In this document: positions 50,638 through 59,747 of the stretch, in pieces
Layout of the letters: the number at the start of each line of letters is the position of its first letter
Position numbering within the stretch: position 1 is the first letter of the stretch
From: a bacterium
Lineage (GTDB): Bacteria > Patescibacteriota > Minisyncoccia > Portnoybacterales > GWB1-42-6
Length of the DNA stretch: 64,000 bases
Reading direction: 5' to 3'
Assembly: GCA_043800535.1 (NCBI GenBank)
Contig: JAZDMV010000002.1
Location: 11,378 to 75,377 of the forward strand
The notes under the pieces: model-generated
What the model saw: only the letters and a program-made list of their open reading frames with translations
Databases searched by the model: none
What the model was told of the DNA's origin: nothing
Program-made: the position numbers and the translations under genes

Positions 50638-50861
50638 AATACCCTTTGGGTTCCTACACCATTCATTTATTCGCTGACGCCTGTATGATTCTGGTGTGGG
50701 GGTAAATCCTTTTTTGTTTATAAAACCCAGTTTCATTTTTGAATTTACCCCCACACTTATTCCAGTGATATAGCTTGATGTTCTATCAGAGGGCGGCCAA
50801 GCCCTCTTCGCTCTCCGACAATGAAATTTAGATTGTGTCTCGTCGGAATAAGTGTGGAGGT
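50638..50861. promoter_or_regulatory. structured intergenic region with inverted repeat ggtgtgggggtaaat...atttacccccacac and palindrome agagggcggccaagccctct
   Basis: 16-nt arms separated by about 35 nt, upstream of the pseudopilin gene. Shares cccccacac with the tkt palindrome. Confidence 0.4.
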
Positions 50862-51332
50862 TTACGGCATCCAATTGTATAAATTATCTTCAACCACCGC
50901 CGAAAACTGGCCCAAAGTATCGGTCCATTTTACCTCCGAAACGACATCTATGCTGTCGCTTCCCGCATAAATATAAATAGTCCGGTAAAATTTTGTATCC
51001 GTGCCGGTGTTGTAATTATAAAACCCGTTGCTGTCTATTTTAAGCGGCAGGTTTGCGTATGCAAAGAGTGATGCGCTGTTGTATTGCGTAAGGTAAGTCC
51101 CGCCGGCCAATCCATAGTTCCAGGTCCGGCCCGCAACCCAGTTTGAATCCCTCATGCCGCGCACCATCTCTATCCCTTCTTGAGCCAGATGATTGGCCAT
51201 AAATTTTTCGTTGCTTAAACGGCCGGCCACAACAACATAACGCAGCAGCGACAGCATCGCGACCAGACCAACCATCGTTATGCCCACGGCAAAAATAACA
51301 TCAAGCAAGCTGAAGCCGGTTTTTTTATTCAT
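50862..51332 (-). CDS. minor pilin-like protein (prepilin N-terminus KTGFSLLDVIFAVGI)
   Basis: Start at MNKKTGFSLL abuts the upstream gene stop. Confidence 0.65.
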   Translation of the reverse strand: MNKKTGFSLLDVIFAVGITMVGLVAMLSLLRYVVVAGRLSNEKFMANHLAQEGIEMVRGMRDSNWVAGRTWNYGLAGGTYLTQYNSASLFAYANLPLKIDSNGFYNYNTGTDTKFYRTIYIYAGSDSIDVVSEVKWTDTLGQFSAVVEDNLYNWMP

Positions 51333-51333
51333 T

Positions 51334-51834
51334 TTACTGAATTTCAATGCTGCCATTTTTTATTACTTTTACTGTTTTTGTATTGCCGCCCTGCGTCAGA
51401 GTAAAATAAATTTCCTGCAACGCGGACGTATTGTTAAAACACGAACGCGGCTCGGGCGGCGCGAAAAAAGCAGACGTGCCCGCTGTAGCCATTGTCACGC
51501 CGGCCGGCAGAGCGATTGTCTTTACTGACAAGCGTTCTGATGTCGCCGGGCAGCCATTAACATCAGCCGCAGTGGTATTTAAAAAAAGGAGATAATTCGC
51601 GCTGTCCTGGATATAGATGCCATAACCGCCCAATGGCTGGCCCGAAGTAGTGGTCCCGGTCACTGCCATGCCCTGCGCCTGGCGCAGATCAACGGCCAGC
51701 TTCTGCGCCGCCTGCAGCAGCGAATAATTTTTTTGTCCCTGCCGGTAATTAGCCAGCGCTAAAGAAGTGATGACTATTATTATTGCCAGCACCACCAGCA
51801 TTTCAAAAATTGTAAACCCTCTGTTTCTTTTCAT
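51334..51834 (-). CDS. minor pilin-like protein (GspH/FimT-like; RGFTIFEMLVVLAIIIVIT)
   Basis: Prepilin motif. Start placed at MKRNRGFTIFE. Confidence 0.7.
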   Translation of the reverse strand: MKRNRGFTIFEMLVVLAIIIVITSLALANYRQGQKNYSLLQAAQKLAVDLRQAQGMAVTGTTTSGQPLGGYGIYIQDSANYLLFLNTTAADVNGCPATSERLSVKTIALPAGVTMATAGTSAFFAPPEPRSCFNNTSALQEIYFTLTQGGNTKTVKVIKNGSIEIQ

Positions 51835-51870
51835 TTTATGACTGCTAATACCCAAATTATCGTTTTGCCT

Positions 51871-54800
51871 TTACGGCGCTACTTCCTTCCAATTAACGGG
51901 CGCGGTAAATCTGGCAGTGACGGTTTTGGACGCATCCATTGTTACGATGCAGGAACCTGTGCCCGAACAGCCAGCGCCAGACCAGCCGGCAAAGGTAGAA
52001 CCTGAAGCAGGCGCGGCATTTAAGGTTGTCGTATTGCCGAAATTATAAACCTCGCTGCAGTCGCCACCGCAGTTAATCTTTGTGTCGACGCTGGTCACTG
52101 TGCCTGTGCCGGTGCCGGTTTTTAAAACGGTTAGCGTGGAGGTAAGAGGATTAAAAACCGAGACCCATGCCATGGCCTGAACAGGAGAGGCGCTGCCTCG
52201 CTCAACCACTACTTTGGGAGTATAGCCACCGCCTGCCGCATAAGAAATGTTTGAGGAATATGAAGTTTCTGGCCGACCGTCATATTTTGCGTCGTAGCTT
52301 CCGCAGGCCGTGGTGCAGGATTGAACGGTACTGCACGCTGAACTGCAGTTCTTCCAGAATGTATAGTTAATAGTGCCAAAAGCCGTGCCTCCCACTGTTG
52401 CGGTTAAAGTGGAACTTAAAGGAGCAGTGCCAAAAGTAGGAATAGCTGTCAAAGAAACCGAGAGCGTGCAGGCCTGGGTGTTGCAGGCTTGCGAATAAAT
52501 GCTACAGTCAGCGGCCGTACAGCTTTGCGTCCCGCCGCCGCAGGCAACCGAGCAGCTGCCGCAACCAACAGTGCAAGCCACGCAATTTTGCAGCATGATA
52601 GGATTGGTTCCCGCCACTTTATAGGCCGTCCCGGAAACAGACACTGCCGAAGGGCCGGCCGAGCCAAAATTCGCGTTAGCAATCCCAGTGCCCTGCCAAC
52701 TAGACCAAGACCAAGGACTCTGGTAGGCGCTTTTATAGATATATCCGTCAAGCCCCTGAACGTAAGCCCAGACAACTCCTCCAATATTAACTAACTTGGG
52801 CCTGGCTCCTGTGTTGCCATTTATATAATACCATCCTGTCGGAGAACCCCCCTGCCATTCGTTTGCGTATATGGCATTAGCAGCGCCAGGAACCACCATA
52901 ATCAATCTGCCCGCGCTAGTCACTCCTATTACCGCCTCAAAAAGTCCGACTCCGCCGAGTGACTGATAATTTGTGAATACCTGGCCTACGGGGCAAGAAG
53001 CATCAGCCGGAGGAGCAGGAATGGCTCCCGCACTTACCGTGACCGGCGTTGTTGCTTCGCATGTGCTGTTTCCAGTGCAGTAAACACGCGGCTCATAATT
53101 TCCAGCGTTGGCGTAGGTTGAGTTACATACGCCGGCCGGCGGACTGAAATTAACACACGTGCCGTAACCAATAGGACAGGTTTTATAACTGGATGTATAA
53201 ACAATGTTGCTTAAATTTTTGTCGCAGTACAGATAGCATACCGGCAAACCCCCGGTTGAAGCAATATTCGTTACGCTAAAAGTTACGCCTGATAAAGGCG
53301 CTGTGCCGCTTGAGGGAGTAGCAGAAAAACCGACAATCGTGCAACTGGGCGTTACGCACGCTCCGCAATCGCCCGGACAGCTTGAGCAACTTTCAGTGCC
53401 GTTGCAAGTGCCATCGCCGCAGTAGGGAGAAGGGCCACCGCTAACACTAAACGAGCAAGTAGAACAATTATTGCTTTCATTTGATTCGTTTGTAACATGA
53501 TTCCAGGCGTCAGCGCAAACAGTGGCGGTGTGACTGCCAGTAATTGCAGTCCAGGAACCGGAAACACCCTCTGAAACACCAGGACCAATGGCATTAGTCC
53601 ATCCGTCACCAAGAGAGCCGCTCGTGCTGCCAGCCATGCAATTTGTATTATCTATGCAGATGCGAGGGTTGGAAGCAGAATTCGCCGCGGCGTTTCCGCT
53701 GTTTGTTATCGTTCCTGAAAAACCCACCGAACTGCCGGCTGCCGGATTGCTCGGACAGCTCATGCTGGCTGTCATATCGGATTTAGGAACCAAACACCCA
53801 GTGCCGCAAGCGTTAGTGGGAAATGAGCCAGAACCGTCTCCATTATCACTTATACAAGAAGTCCCGCTGCATTTATATTTAATAACTTTATTAAACGTCG
53901 CGGTCACGTTTACAGGAGTGACGTAGGTCAAAGCCAAATTACACACACCGGTGCCAGAACAGCCAGCGCCAGACCAGCCGGCAAACACGCAGCCGGCGCT
54001 TGGCGTCGCAGTCAATGTAACATTGATATCGGCTGTAAAATCCTCCTTGCAGTCACTGCCGCAACTGATGCCTGTGCCGCTTACTGTTCCTGTGCAGTTC
54101 CCTGCCTTTAAAACATTCAGGGTAGAACAATTAATATACACTAAATCGCCTCCCACGTGTTCATTCGTTGTTCCGTCACTAAATATTCTTTTGCCTGTTA
54201 TTTGAATACTGACTACATTCGTAGTCACCCCATAAGTGCAGAGAGGAGAACCGATTATACTCCCTGACCCCCCCACATGCGCGGTATCAGAACTGTACGC
54301 GGCGACACCGATTTCGTCCCAAAGCAGAATATGGCCCCCTCCTGCGCCTGAATTATGCTGGGCATTGATTCTAAGCCAAAGAGGGCCGCTCCAGGATGTG
54401 GAATTACTTGTATAAGAATCAGTGGTCCACATTATCATCTCGTTTAAATCAAAGGATGTTTTGGTAAGATTCGCCGTAAAATAAGTCATCATTGAACCTC
54501 CTACATAGCCGGTGTAGGCTTCTGCCGCTCCGGCAGAAAAGAAAAACATGCCGCCTGCCACAATTAAAAACAGAATTACTGGCGCCGCCGCATTAACCGA
54601 TTTTTTCCTGAAAAAGAAAAATGCGGCCAGGCCAAGAACGCACAATGCAACAAGAATTAAAACCGCTGACGAGGAATCCAATTTTAATGAACCCGGCTTT
54701 GCTTGCGGCGGGTTTTTGCTCGTTATCGCAAAATTCCACGCGTCCAGAATTTTGCCGCTGGCGTCTTTAAGCGAAACAGCTAATTGCGGATTTAAACATT

Positions 54801-55896
54801 CGCTGGTTATCGATAAATTAAATTTCGCGGAGGTCTTGTCTGTTTTGCTTTCGGCGCTTATCGGATCAACGCAATTTCTCCCATTTTCGTTTTTAATTGA
54901 TACGTCAAATAAAACATTTCCGGGGGGAGCAGCCCCGTTTTCTGCGTTTGAATTTACCTGTATTGAAAATGAATTCCAGAAAACAGATATTTCGGCATTC
55001 TCGCCTGGTGAATAGTAATCCTTATCCGCCAACACGTTCATAATAGTTCCCGCTGTTCCTTCCAGGCCGTGAAAAAAGGAAACCGCGTTGGAAATTTGCG
55101 TTTCGTTTTTAACCAGTGTAATTTTTGACTGATAAATTTGAGAAGCGTTGCCCTGCGGTACATAAAAACTGATAATTTTCTGTTCCTGCGGCTTTATGGA
55201 AATTCCGCTGCCTGAGGTTTTTCCGTTCTCAATCAGTTCTTTTGAATTTCCGGCGTAAGTTTCAACCTGCGGCACAAAATTTATTTCTTCTTTAAAATAA
55301 CTGACCGCTTTGCAGTTGCCGATAATCTTCTGCCCGTTCTGGACAATCAAGCCGCCTTCGCTAAATAAGTGATGCTCTGCTTCCTGGCCTTCAATTGCCA
55401 GATAGCAGGAATCAGCTAGAATTTCAACAAACTGGCTGTCTCCTGACAAAGAAACACTGCCTGCCGTGTTTATACCCAGAGGCAGGCCGCGCGAGTTTGC
55501 TGAAACAACCCATATTTCAAAACTTCCCTTAAGATAAGCCGGCGCGCTGTATTCCACTTCTTTTTTGACAAGCTCCTCTTTTCCCAGGGTCAAGGCTTCG
55601 GCATAATTTTTTTCATCAATTATCTTATTATCTTTCGTCAGACGAATGCCATATCTTATATCCGGCTGGATTTTTTCGCGGTTATATATTTCAAATCCGA
55701 TTCTAAAATTATTTCCCGTTTGACTAATAATCCTTGCGTTATATATGTTGACCGTGGCGATAAGCGTGATTTGGCCACCGCTGGTATCCTGCACAGATAA
55801 TGCGTCATTTTGGGCGAAAACCGTTTTAGTGCAAAAAAAAGCCGCCGCAAAGGCCGCAAACATAAAAAGCACCAAAAATATCGTTCTATTTTTCAT
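51871..55896 (-). CDS. giant secreted surface protein (1341 aa): signal peptide, N-domain, internal TM hairpin, Cys-rich region with TSP1-like repeat, C-terminal beta-sandwich module
   Basis: N-terminal signal MKNRTIFLVLFMFAAFAAAFFCTKTVFAQ. Internal LILVALCVLGLAAFFFFRKKSVNAAAPVILFLIVAGGMFFFSAGAAEA. CSVACGGGTQSCTAADCS..CNTQAC. C-terminal FAGWSGAGCSGTGSCIVTMDASKTVTARF. Confidence 0.8.
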   Translation of the reverse strand: MKNRTIFLVLFMFAAFAAAFFCTKTVFAQNDALSVQDTSGGQITLIATVNIYNARIISQTGNNFRIGFEIYNREKIQPDIRYGIRLTKDNKIIDEKNYAEALTLGKEELVKKEVEYSAPAYLKGSFEIWVVSANSRGLPLGINTAGSVSLSGDSQFVEILADSCYLAIEGQEAEHHLFSEGGLIVQNGQKIIGNCKAVSYFKEEINFVPQVETYAGNSKELIENGKTSGSGISIKPQEQKIISFYVPQGNASQIYQSKITLVKNETQISNAVSFFHGLEGTAGTIMNVLADKDYYSPGENAEISVFWNSFSIQVNSNAENGAAPPGNVLFDVSIKNENGRNCVDPISAESKTDKTSAKFNLSITSECLNPQLAVSLKDASGKILDAWNFAITSKNPPQAKPGSLKLDSSSAVLILVALCVLGLAAFFFFRKKSVNAAAPVILFLIVAGGMFFFSAGAAEAYTGYVGGSMMTYFTANLTKTSFDLNEMIMWTTDSYTSNSTSWSGPLWLRINAQHNSGAGGGHILLWDEIGVAAYSSDTAHVGGSGSIIGSPLCTYGVTTNVVSIQITGKRIFSDGTTNEHVGGDLVYINCSTLNVLKAGNCTGTVSGTGISCGSDCKEDFTADINVTLTATPSAGCVFAGWSGAGCSGTGVCNLALTYVTPVNVTATFNKVIKYKCSGTSCISDNGDGSGSFPTNACGTGCLVPKSDMTASMSCPSNPAAGSSVGFSGTITNSGNAAANSASNPRICIDNTNCMAGSTSGSLGDGWTNAIGPGVSEGVSGSWTAITGSHTATVCADAWNHVTNESNESNNCSTCSFSVSGGPSPYCGDGTCNGTESCSSCPGDCGACVTPSCTIVGFSATPSSGTAPLSGVTFSVTNIASTGGLPVCYLYCDKNLSNIVYTSSYKTCPIGYGTCVNFSPPAGVCNSTYANAGNYEPRVYCTGNSTCEATTPVTVSAGAIPAPPADASCPVGQVFTNYQSLGGVGLFEAVIGVTSAGRLIMVVPGAANAIYANEWQGGSPTGWYYINGNTGARPKLVNIGGVVWAYVQGLDGYIYKSAYQSPWSWSSWQGTGIANANFGSAGPSAVSVSGTAYKVAGTNPIMLQNCVACTVGCGSCSVACGGGTQSCTAADCSIYSQACNTQACTLSVSLTAIPTFGTAPLSSTLTATVGGTAFGTINYTFWKNCSSACSTVQSCTTACGSYDAKYDGRPETSYSSNISYAAGGGYTPKVVVERGSASPVQAMAWVSVFNPLTSTLTVLKTGTGTGTVTSVDTKINCGGDCSEVYNFGNTTTLNAAPASGSTFAGWSGAGCSGTGSCIVTMDASKTVTARFTAPVNWKEVAP

Positions 55897-56029
55897 AGAA
55901 TTTAGACAGATTTAAAAATATCCTCCACTTAAATTATACCTTATTAGCGCCACAAACCTAAAAAAGTTTTCCACAGCCGGCAGCGGATAATTTTTTATAC
56001 TGCTACCCGCATATTATTATTTTCCCTAT

Positions 56030-59000
56030 TTATGGCGTGATCTCCTTCCAATCAACAGGCGCGCTAAATCTGGCAGTGACGGTTTTGGATGAGTCCGTTG
56101 TCACGATGCAAGAACCTGTGCCAGAGCAGCCAGCGCCAGACCAGCCGACAAAGGTGGAGCCCAAAGCGGCAGCTGCATTTAAGGTCGTCGTGTTGCCGGA
56201 ATTGTAAACTTCGCTGCAGTCCCCACCACAGTTGATCTTTGTGTCAAGGCTAGTCACTGTGCCTGTGCCTGTGCCTGTTTTTAAGACGGTTAAGGTGTAT
56301 GTAACTGGGTTGGTGACCGTGACGGCTGTCCGTGCCTGGGCAGGCGCGGCGCTGCCTCGCTCAACCACCACTTTTGGAGTATAGCTGCCGCCTGAAGCAT
56401 AAGAAACGGTTGAGGAATATGAAGTTTCCGGCCGGCCGTCATATTTTGCGTCGTAGTTTCCGCAGGCAGTGGTGCAGGATTGCACGGTACTACACGTTGA
56501 ATTGCAGTTCTTCCAGAACGTATAGTTAGTCGTGCCAAAAGCTGTGCCAGAGACCGTCGCAGTTAAGTTAGAGCTTAAAGGAGCAAGGCCAGAAGCCGGA
56601 TTGGCTGTTAAAGAAGCCGAGAGGGTGCAGGCCTGGGTGTTGCAGACTTGCGTCTCCGGATAGGTTGAGCAATCAGTGCGCGTGCAGGTTCTTGATTGCG
56701 TTCCGCCGCCGCAGGCCGCGGAACAAGAACCCCAGCTGCCGCAACTGGCGGTGCAGCCGACTGGGGTGACGACCACCGGGAAATTGGCCACGCCTTCTGC
56801 ATAGCCGCCCCAATAGCCCGCAGTGACCAAACGAACCTGGGCCAGATAATTGCCAGGAACGCTGTATTTGGCATCGCAAACGCCAATAGGCAAGGCAACC
56901 GCCCTTCTGACAAACGACGTCTCATAGTCATACGCATATGAAGCGCTCCAGTCCGACGGCTGATACGGATTGCTTATATTGCGATTGCACCAGAAATAGT
57001 AAGTCCAGCCAGAGCCCCAGTCCAAATTGGATACGCCCAAGGCCATAAAATCAATCTGCAAAGGAACGGTGCCGGAGTTAATGTCCTGCCAGCCGCCCCA
57101 GTAGCAACCATAATAATTACAGGGCCAGGACTGATTTCTTGTTTTTGTTCTAAGATATGCCTGGGCAAAATATTCCGGAGGAGGCGGAGGAGCATTGCAG
57201 GCGGCCTGACATTCGACTAAAGTTTTTTTGTAGCCAAGAAAGGAGCAGGCGACGTCACCGCCTGTACAATTGACCGCCTCGCACGTATAAGAACTGTTAC
57301 AGCGATACCAGCTGCTTACCAAAGGAACACAGGTATTGTTGCAGTTGGAGTCGGTGAAGGTGCCGTTGACATCATCCCTGGCGCAGGAAGAACCGCTACA
57401 TTTGTATTTGGGAACAACAACGCAAGCGTTGGCACAGGTGGGATCGTCTGTATAATATGTCGCTCCGCCAACGCTTTTTGCGTCATCCTGCACGCAAGTA
57501 GCGTTGCTGCATCTATAATAGCTATGAATTGGACTTTCAACATAGATATTTATGTTGGCTGAAGCTGGCCCGCAACGGCTATTGCAGGTGACTGTATAAG
57601 TATAAGTGCCGCTGCTTAAAGCACCTGTTGACTGGCTGCCTGAAGTGCCGGTCCAGCCGGCCGGCGCGACAGAACAACTTGTCGCGCCTGTTGAATTCCA
57701 GGCGATAGTCGCCGCAGTGCCGGCTGCAACTAAAATTGAACCTGCCTGGCCATTGGCAGTGATGGATGCTGTAGGCGGAGACAAAACTGTATAGCGCAAA
57801 TATTGACTGCCAAGCAAGCTCCACGTCTTATTATTTAAAGAAACCTGGCCCTTAAAATCAGCGTTGTATGTCCCGGGCGTTGATTCGGCAGTGAAAGAGG
57901 TATTTCCGTAAGCACATTTGTCTAACGACACATCCTGCCCGTTTAAAATTTCCTGATATTGAGTGGCTGTCCCGGCTCTTACCTGCAAATACGCATTGGC
58001 AACCGTATTCTCGCACGCATAATTTCCGCAAGCCGAAGCAGTCATATTGATTGCCTCGCTCGGACAATAAGACAAGTTGTCCAGGCCTATAGTAAAAGTC
58101 GCCTCTTCTATCTCAAAAGCGGCAGATTGCGAAAAGGCCTGGGCAGTTTTAACAGAAGCCAAAAAAACAACGCCGGATATCAGTAAAAATAATAAAATTA
58201 TCGCTGCCGGCGCGCTGGCTGCCTTGCCTTTTTTTCTCAAAATCATAAGCGCTATAAAACCGATTAAAACAGCCAGCCCAGGAATTATATATTTATATAT
58301 CTCCTTCAAAAAAAATTTTGTTTTTTCCGGCCCGGGAACGTTCTGGCTTTTGGCCGTGAAAGTTTTTTTGTCAAGCACGTTGCCGCTGGTCGCCTGCTTA
58401 AGCGTTACGGTCACTGCCGGGTCTTTGCAGTTTTGAATAACCGGCATAGTAAATGTCAAAGAGTCCTGGCCGGTCATTTGTCTTTCTGCCGCCTCAACGC
58501 AGGGCTCTCCAGAACTGTTCTGAATTGATATATCCAGAATAACCGGCCCGATATCGCTGCCTTCTCCTGCCCGGGAGCCAAAAAACGAATCAGCCGAAGG
58601 AGTCCAGAAAAAAGATATCTGGGCATTCTGGCCTTTTAAATAATAATCTTTATCAAGATGCAAATTCTGGATAGTGGCGCTGGCGCCTCTTAGAACATAA
58701 TGAAAAGCAATAGAATTGGAAACCGGCCTGTTTTGAAAAACAAAGCTCAATCTTGCGTCATAGGCCTGGGGCGCCAAGGCTTTTGGCAAAATTAAACTGA
58801 TTGTTTTTGTTTCCCCTTTTTTAATAGATACCTCTTGCTGGAGTTCTTTGTTATCCTCAACCGCATTGCCAAACGAAGTCCTATAATACGTCTTAAACTC
58901 GGGCGTCACGACAATATCCTTGTCAAAATGATTAATAATTTCGCAGGTGCCGATCAGCTTTTCTTCATTTGATATATCAACGCCCTGGAAGCGAGTGTAT

Positions 59001-59530
59001 TTTTTCTGCGGAGTTTCATTTTGAACGGTTAAATAGCAGGAACGATTATCTATTTCAACATATTGGCCCGTGCCCTCAAGCCCCACATCTGACAACTTTG
59101 CCACTGACAGCGTCAGGCCAGCGGAATTTCGCGCCAGAAGCCAAAGCTGATATACTCCCTTTAAAAATGGCGGCGGCGTGTATTCGATCTGCTTGGTCAC
59201 GGTCTCGTTTTCGTTCAGGTCAACTGATCCGTCATAAACCTGCTCGTCGATCAGAATGCGGGTCGTTGAGCTGACGCGGGAAAATAGCTGAACCGCATAT
59301 TTAATTCCTGACTGCGTTCCCTGGCCGTTCCCCAGCACAAACGAGATCTTAAAAGCAGGCGCGCCCGGATTTGAAATGATCTTGGCCTGATAAATGCCGA
59401 CCGTGGCCAGAAGAGTGGCGCTGCTGGTGGCGTTGGGCGGTTCCTGGGCAGAAACCGGCTTCAGGAAAATGGCAAATATCAGAAAAAACGATAAGCAAGC
59501 CAAGGAAGATAATACTGTTCTGTTTTTCAT
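56030..59530 (-). CDS. giant secreted surface protein paralog (1166 aa) with the same architecture
   Basis: N-domain about 35% identical to the 51871 gene. SWGSCSAACGGGTQSRTCTRTDC TSP1-like. C-terminal about 250 aa nearly identical to its neighbour, and the DNA is also near-identical. Confidence 0.8.
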   Translation of the reverse strand: MKNRTVLSSLACLSFFLIFAIFLKPVSAQEPPNATSSATLLATVGIYQAKIISNPGAPAFKISFVLGNGQGTQSGIKYAVQLFSRVSSTTRILIDEQVYDGSVDLNENETVTKQIEYTPPPFLKGVYQLWLLARNSAGLTLSVAKLSDVGLEGTGQYVEIDNRSCYLTVQNETPQKKYTRFQGVDISNEEKLIGTCEIINHFDKDIVVTPEFKTYYRTSFGNAVEDNKELQQEVSIKKGETKTISLILPKALAPQAYDARLSFVFQNRPVSNSIAFHYVLRGASATIQNLHLDKDYYLKGQNAQISFFWTPSADSFFGSRAGEGSDIGPVILDISIQNSSGEPCVEAAERQMTGQDSLTFTMPVIQNCKDPAVTVTLKQATSGNVLDKKTFTAKSQNVPGPEKTKFFLKEIYKYIIPGLAVLIGFIALMILRKKGKAASAPAAIILLFLLISGVVFLASVKTAQAFSQSAAFEIEEATFTIGLDNLSYCPSEAINMTASACGNYACENTVANAYLQVRAGTATQYQEILNGQDVSLDKCAYGNTSFTAESTPGTYNADFKGQVSLNNKTWSLLGSQYLRYTVLSPPTASITANGQAGSILVAAGTAATIAWNSTGATSCSVAPAGWTGTSGSQSTGALSSGTYTYTVTCNSRCGPASANINIYVESPIHSYYRCSNATCVQDDAKSVGGATYYTDDPTCANACVVVPKYKCSGSSCARDDVNGTFTDSNCNNTCVPLVSSWYRCNSSYTCEAVNCTGGDVACSFLGYKKTLVECQAACNAPPPPPEYFAQAYLRTKTRNQSWPCNYYGCYWGGWQDINSGTVPLQIDFMALGVSNLDWGSGWTYYFWCNRNISNPYQPSDWSASYAYDYETSFVRRAVALPIGVCDAKYSVPGNYLAQVRLVTAGYWGGYAEGVANFPVVVTPVGCTASCGSWGSCSAACGGGTQSRTCTRTDCSTYPETQVCNTQACTLSASLTANPASGLAPLSSNLTATVSGTAFGTTNYTFWKNCNSTCSTVQSCTTACGNYDAKYDGRPETSYSSTVSYASGGSYTPKVVVERGSAAPAQARTAVTVTNPVTYTLTVLKTGTGTGTVTSLDTKINCGGDCSEVYNSGNTTTLNAAAALGSTFVGWSGAGCSGTGSCIVTTDSSKTVTARFSAPVDWKEITP

Positions 59531-59747
59531 AAATTTAGGAATTTAAAACAGCTAAAAGAACTTTTTTTATCAAGAAAGTTCTCCCGCTTATTTTGTCATT
59601 ATCCATTGCCTTAATTATACCAGGAGACGCCACTTAAAAGAATGGACTTATCCACAAGAAAGAAGCCACCCCCAGCTGACGGAGCGGGGCGGTTTATCAG
59701 GTAAGAAAAAACGGCAGATGAATTTTCATCTGCCGCCACAAAGCAAA

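Noticed and set aside
50638-50874. 80-aa N-terminal extension of the pseudopilin ORF
   Set aside because: It overlaps the end of the upstream pilin gene and consists of the intergenic inverted-repeat region. Prepilins begin a few residues before the GFTLLE motif.
52167-52370. Paired small + strand ORFs (52167-52370 and 56332-56529) with similar translations
   Set aside because: They are antisense read-throughs of the near-identical C-terminal regions of the two giant minus-strand genes. The similarity reflects the gene duplication, not independent genes.
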